DNA of 64,000 bases from contig CM055976.1 in assembly GCA_029531755.1 (NCBI GenBank), positions 6,720,493 through 6,784,492 on the forward strand. Reading direction: 5' to 3'. This document shows positions 60,991-64,000 of this stretch, in pieces; position 1 is the first letter of the stretch, and every line of letters starts with the position of its first letter. The notes under the pieces are model-generated. The model worked only from the letters and a program-made list of their open reading frames with translations. It had not been told where the DNA came from and searched no databases. A program made the position numbers and the translations under genes. This stretch comes from Holothuria leucospilota (taxonomy: Eukaryota).

Positions 60991-61400
60991 ACGTACATGT
61001 ACTAAAATTACACGTTCATGTACCAAAAATACACGATGATGTACTAACTTCATACGATCATGATGTAAATTTACACCATCATATACTAAATATATATGTT
61101 CATCATGTTAAATGTTACGATGTATATGTAAAACCCAACGTTGTACATATAAAAACACACGTTGTACATGTAAACACTTACGATCATCATGTTATTATTG
61201 TCCTCCCCGCATGCTATACTGAGTGAGCCTTTCGGCGTTCACGAAGTCCGCCGAAAGGCTCACCGACATACGTTCATCATCTAAACTCATGCGATGTACT
61301 AAAAATACACCGTTCATGTACTAACTGCTTACGATCATGTACTGAATGCATACGTCCATGTACTGAATGCATACGTTCATGTACTGAAAAGTCAAAACTC
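60990..61400. repeat. degenerate ~24-bp minisatellite (ACACGTTCATGTACTAAAAAT-like); an inverted repeat pairs 61300-61395 with 61850-61935
   Basis: The motifs gtactaaaa.tacacg.tcatgta recur more than 12 times. The block gtactgaatgcatacgttcatgtactgaatgcatacg has an exact inverted partner at 61860-61930. Confidence 0.6.
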
Positions 61401-64000
61401 ACGATCAGCATGTAAAATACACAATATCACAACTACGTGACAGGTGTGCATGTGGGAACATTTCTGTGAAAAGTAATTTTAATTTATGCAAATTTCCTGA
61501 AAACACAGAATAACAACGGGGATAGCACCTCTTGCAATAGTCCGGTAATGCCGTCTCGATAAGCTCCGCGGACGGCCGGACACATCCAGTACTGACACAT
61601 ACAGTGCACGTAGGCCTACACATTAAAACACCTGAGACGTAGGCCTAGGCTAGGCTTGTTACTGTTGCGTAATACTGATGATGCCATGTATACACGCGCA
61701 TTATAAACGGTCTGTACTAGCGTGGCCTACCCAATATGTGCAGAAAACTAAAAAGTACTTACCCCGGTGATGATTCCACTAACACATTGGATTCAATCAA
61801 CTGGATGACCGATCATAAACACGTGAGTTACACATGTACATCGTATAAATTGACAATGCACTTAGTACATGAACGTATGCATTCAGTACATGAACGTATG
61901 CATTCAGTACATGATCGTAAGCAGTTAGTACATGAACTTGTCAGGGCTGAACATTAACGATTGCCCGATTGCCCAGGGCAAGTAAAAATTACGTCGGGCA
62001 AGTCATTTCTTACCTCTGCTTGCCCGACTGGGCAAGTCCCAGATCGTGGGTAGGCCTAGTTCACATGCACACACCTGTACAAGAAAGTGTAACACACTGA
62101 AAACACAACAGACGACTGTTAAATATTATCACATTGCCACAGAGTGATTTAGCCAGCCCCGTTTCTAAATGCGACAGAAAATAAACCACGACAGTTAAAA
62201 AAGTTTAAAACTATTACTGAACGAAAAAGGTTTCATTTTGCAACTCCGAAAACAATCGCACTGTTGATTTAGCTTTAGTGCACCGGTTCCACGAAACTCG
62301 GTGAAATCGTTCGAAGAACGTTACTTCGACGATCGTTTTTACGAGCGAATGCGAAGTATAGCAGTCGCATTATGGACTTGTCACAGTGTTTTCATTCTGT
62401 GTCTTGTTGGTTTTGTTAATCTATAGGTGTTTGTAGATTAATAGATGTTAGTAATAAATAGAGTAAATTTATTTAGGGTGTCTCTAGCTTTACTACACTT
62501 TGAGGCATTTTCCGTGACAGATATTTTAATTTTACGGTTCCTGGAACGATTGTATCACGTTCTTAAACGGCCTTTCTATGGTTTTTGTCAACAGCTGTTA
62601 ATTTAGAAAGGACGCACACCCTTATCTGCTCATACTTTGAAACGTTTGAGCGATCTGTTGAAGTAAAAGTTTATGTGTTATTGTGGGCAACAAATTGTAC
62701 GAGTGAACTCTCCTTACAATAGATCAAACATACTTGGAAAAAGAACGACAAACTACAGAGTTACGTTTTATTTTCTTTGGAACTGAAGACTTCCAGTAGG
62801 TTATGACACAGTGAACGGATAAGATAACGAAGTGTCCCGGATGTAAAAAATTGCGCAATACTAACTGCGTAGTTATCTTCTGGCACAGGAGTTTCTTCTG
62901 AAACTTGAATTTCCCTTGCAAATAGGTGCTTGCTTTGCCGGTTCCCACGTGACCCGACATTTGATACAGTTAATTGTGGACTTGGAGTAATGATAGTCTA
63001 TTATTGCGAGCGAATAGCGAAGTATATCTGTCGTGTTTTTGACTTGCAGCAGTCGTTAGGTCCAATATGGTGACATTTCTCTTGTCTTGTTATGTCCTGC
63101 ACTTCTTGTACAATATTGTCATTTTTATAAACTTCAATTTATTCACAGTACTTAGGCCTTCAGTGTCGTTCATCGCCAGCAAAGGGTGATTGCTGAACTG
63201 TTGAACGATCCCCAGTTAACCTTCCTCCTTTCGAGTGAGCACTTCCCATCGTTAAAGACAATAACATAAAAGACAATCCTCCACTAGATGCATAACTTCA
63301 TCACATTTGTTAGCATTTATTCTCGCAAGGTGCTCTAAAGAGTTTATATATTATTAAAATATTTGGAGATTCAGTTGTTCCTGTTGGCGCATTGGATAGG
63401 GCTTAGACTCACACACTGGTGGTACGTTGTTCGCTACCCATTGCTACGTGAATCTGTCGAGTACTTTTTTTCCCCTTTCAGTTTTACATTCGCGAGTGTG
63501 AATGCCTCGCATTCCGGTTCACTATTGCATACAAGTCAATTACATGATATGTGTGTGCATATACGGAGCTTTATTGTACTGTACATACTAAATTTACAGT
63601 GTAGTAAGGATTAGTTACGCACTACATCTGAGAACTTTCTACTTCGCTACTGCGTAATGACCCATCTACATGTGTGTACATATTACTGTGAGGGAGAACG
63701 AACTGCGTACCGGAATAGACAGATTGAATGATACAGTAGCATCATAGCGTAATTGTGCACTGCATGTACAACTCAATGATATATTAACCGCACATGACCT
63801 CGTGTTCAAAATGAAAACTAAGCTCCGCCGCGCCAGCTAGTTACGCTGCAATTGTACTAGCATTTAAGTTTTAACTGGACCATAGATAGGGCCAGGCCTA
63901 TGTGTAGTGAAAAACATGGCGAAACAAATATCATTACTGAACTTCGGATTTACGAATGCTGCAGCGCAAAACAAAGCTCCACCAAAGGGAAAAGCAGCAA

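Overview
This is eukaryotic (metazoan, probably invertebrate) nuclear DNA, not prokaryotic. It has GT-AG introns with polypyrimidine tracts, a U1 snRNA-type sequence, Penelope-like retroelements, LINE and Ty3/gypsy fragments, and many MITEs, microsatellites and satellites. No CRISPR array or operon-like structure was seen. Main content, in order along the window: (i) 1-3.6 kb is homopolymer-stuttered, low-complexity sequence with a (G)17 run and a (C15A)9 array, probably low-quality assembly. (ii) 4.6-6.1 kb holds a nonautonomous hAT-like element with a perfect 8-bp target-site duplication (TSD), with a TTAA-flanked MITE nested inside it. (iii) 6.2-14.9 kb is a putative multi-exon gene on the + strand. 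Five short in-frame exons, four of them tandemly duplicated 84-90-nt exons, encode acidic Ser/Asp/Glu-rich peptides. They are followed by a strong splice acceptor that lies in frame with a 2.2-kb terminal exon encoding an En/Spm (CACTA)-type Tnp2/Transposase_21-like protein. This is the most interesting candidate. (iv) 19.4-22.8 kb holds TIR elements, including a hAT-like MITE with an 8-bp TSD. (v) 25.3-33.3 kb is a nested cluster of two Penelope-like element (PLE) families, each with a reverse transcriptase plus a GIY-YIG endonuclease. PLE1 forms a head-to-head inverted pair, PLE2 has an upstream 5'-truncated copy, every junction abuts a (TA)n microsatellite, and there are four canonical minimal hammerhead ribozymes. 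(vi) 34.6-39.3 kb holds U1 snRNA-like copies, two full-length and two truncated, embedded in two satellite families. (vii) 44.8-52.3 kb holds an interspersed repeat family with palindromic minisatellites. Insertions of a PIF/Harbinger-like MITE and of a small MITE are each confirmed by a paralogous empty site. (viii) 56.4-59.4 kb holds a Ty3/gypsy-like element that retains gag, protease and integrase but has RT/RNase H deleted, abutted by a 5'-truncated CR1/L2-like LINE on the - strand. All calls are made by eye from the sequence and the ORF track; no database searches were run.
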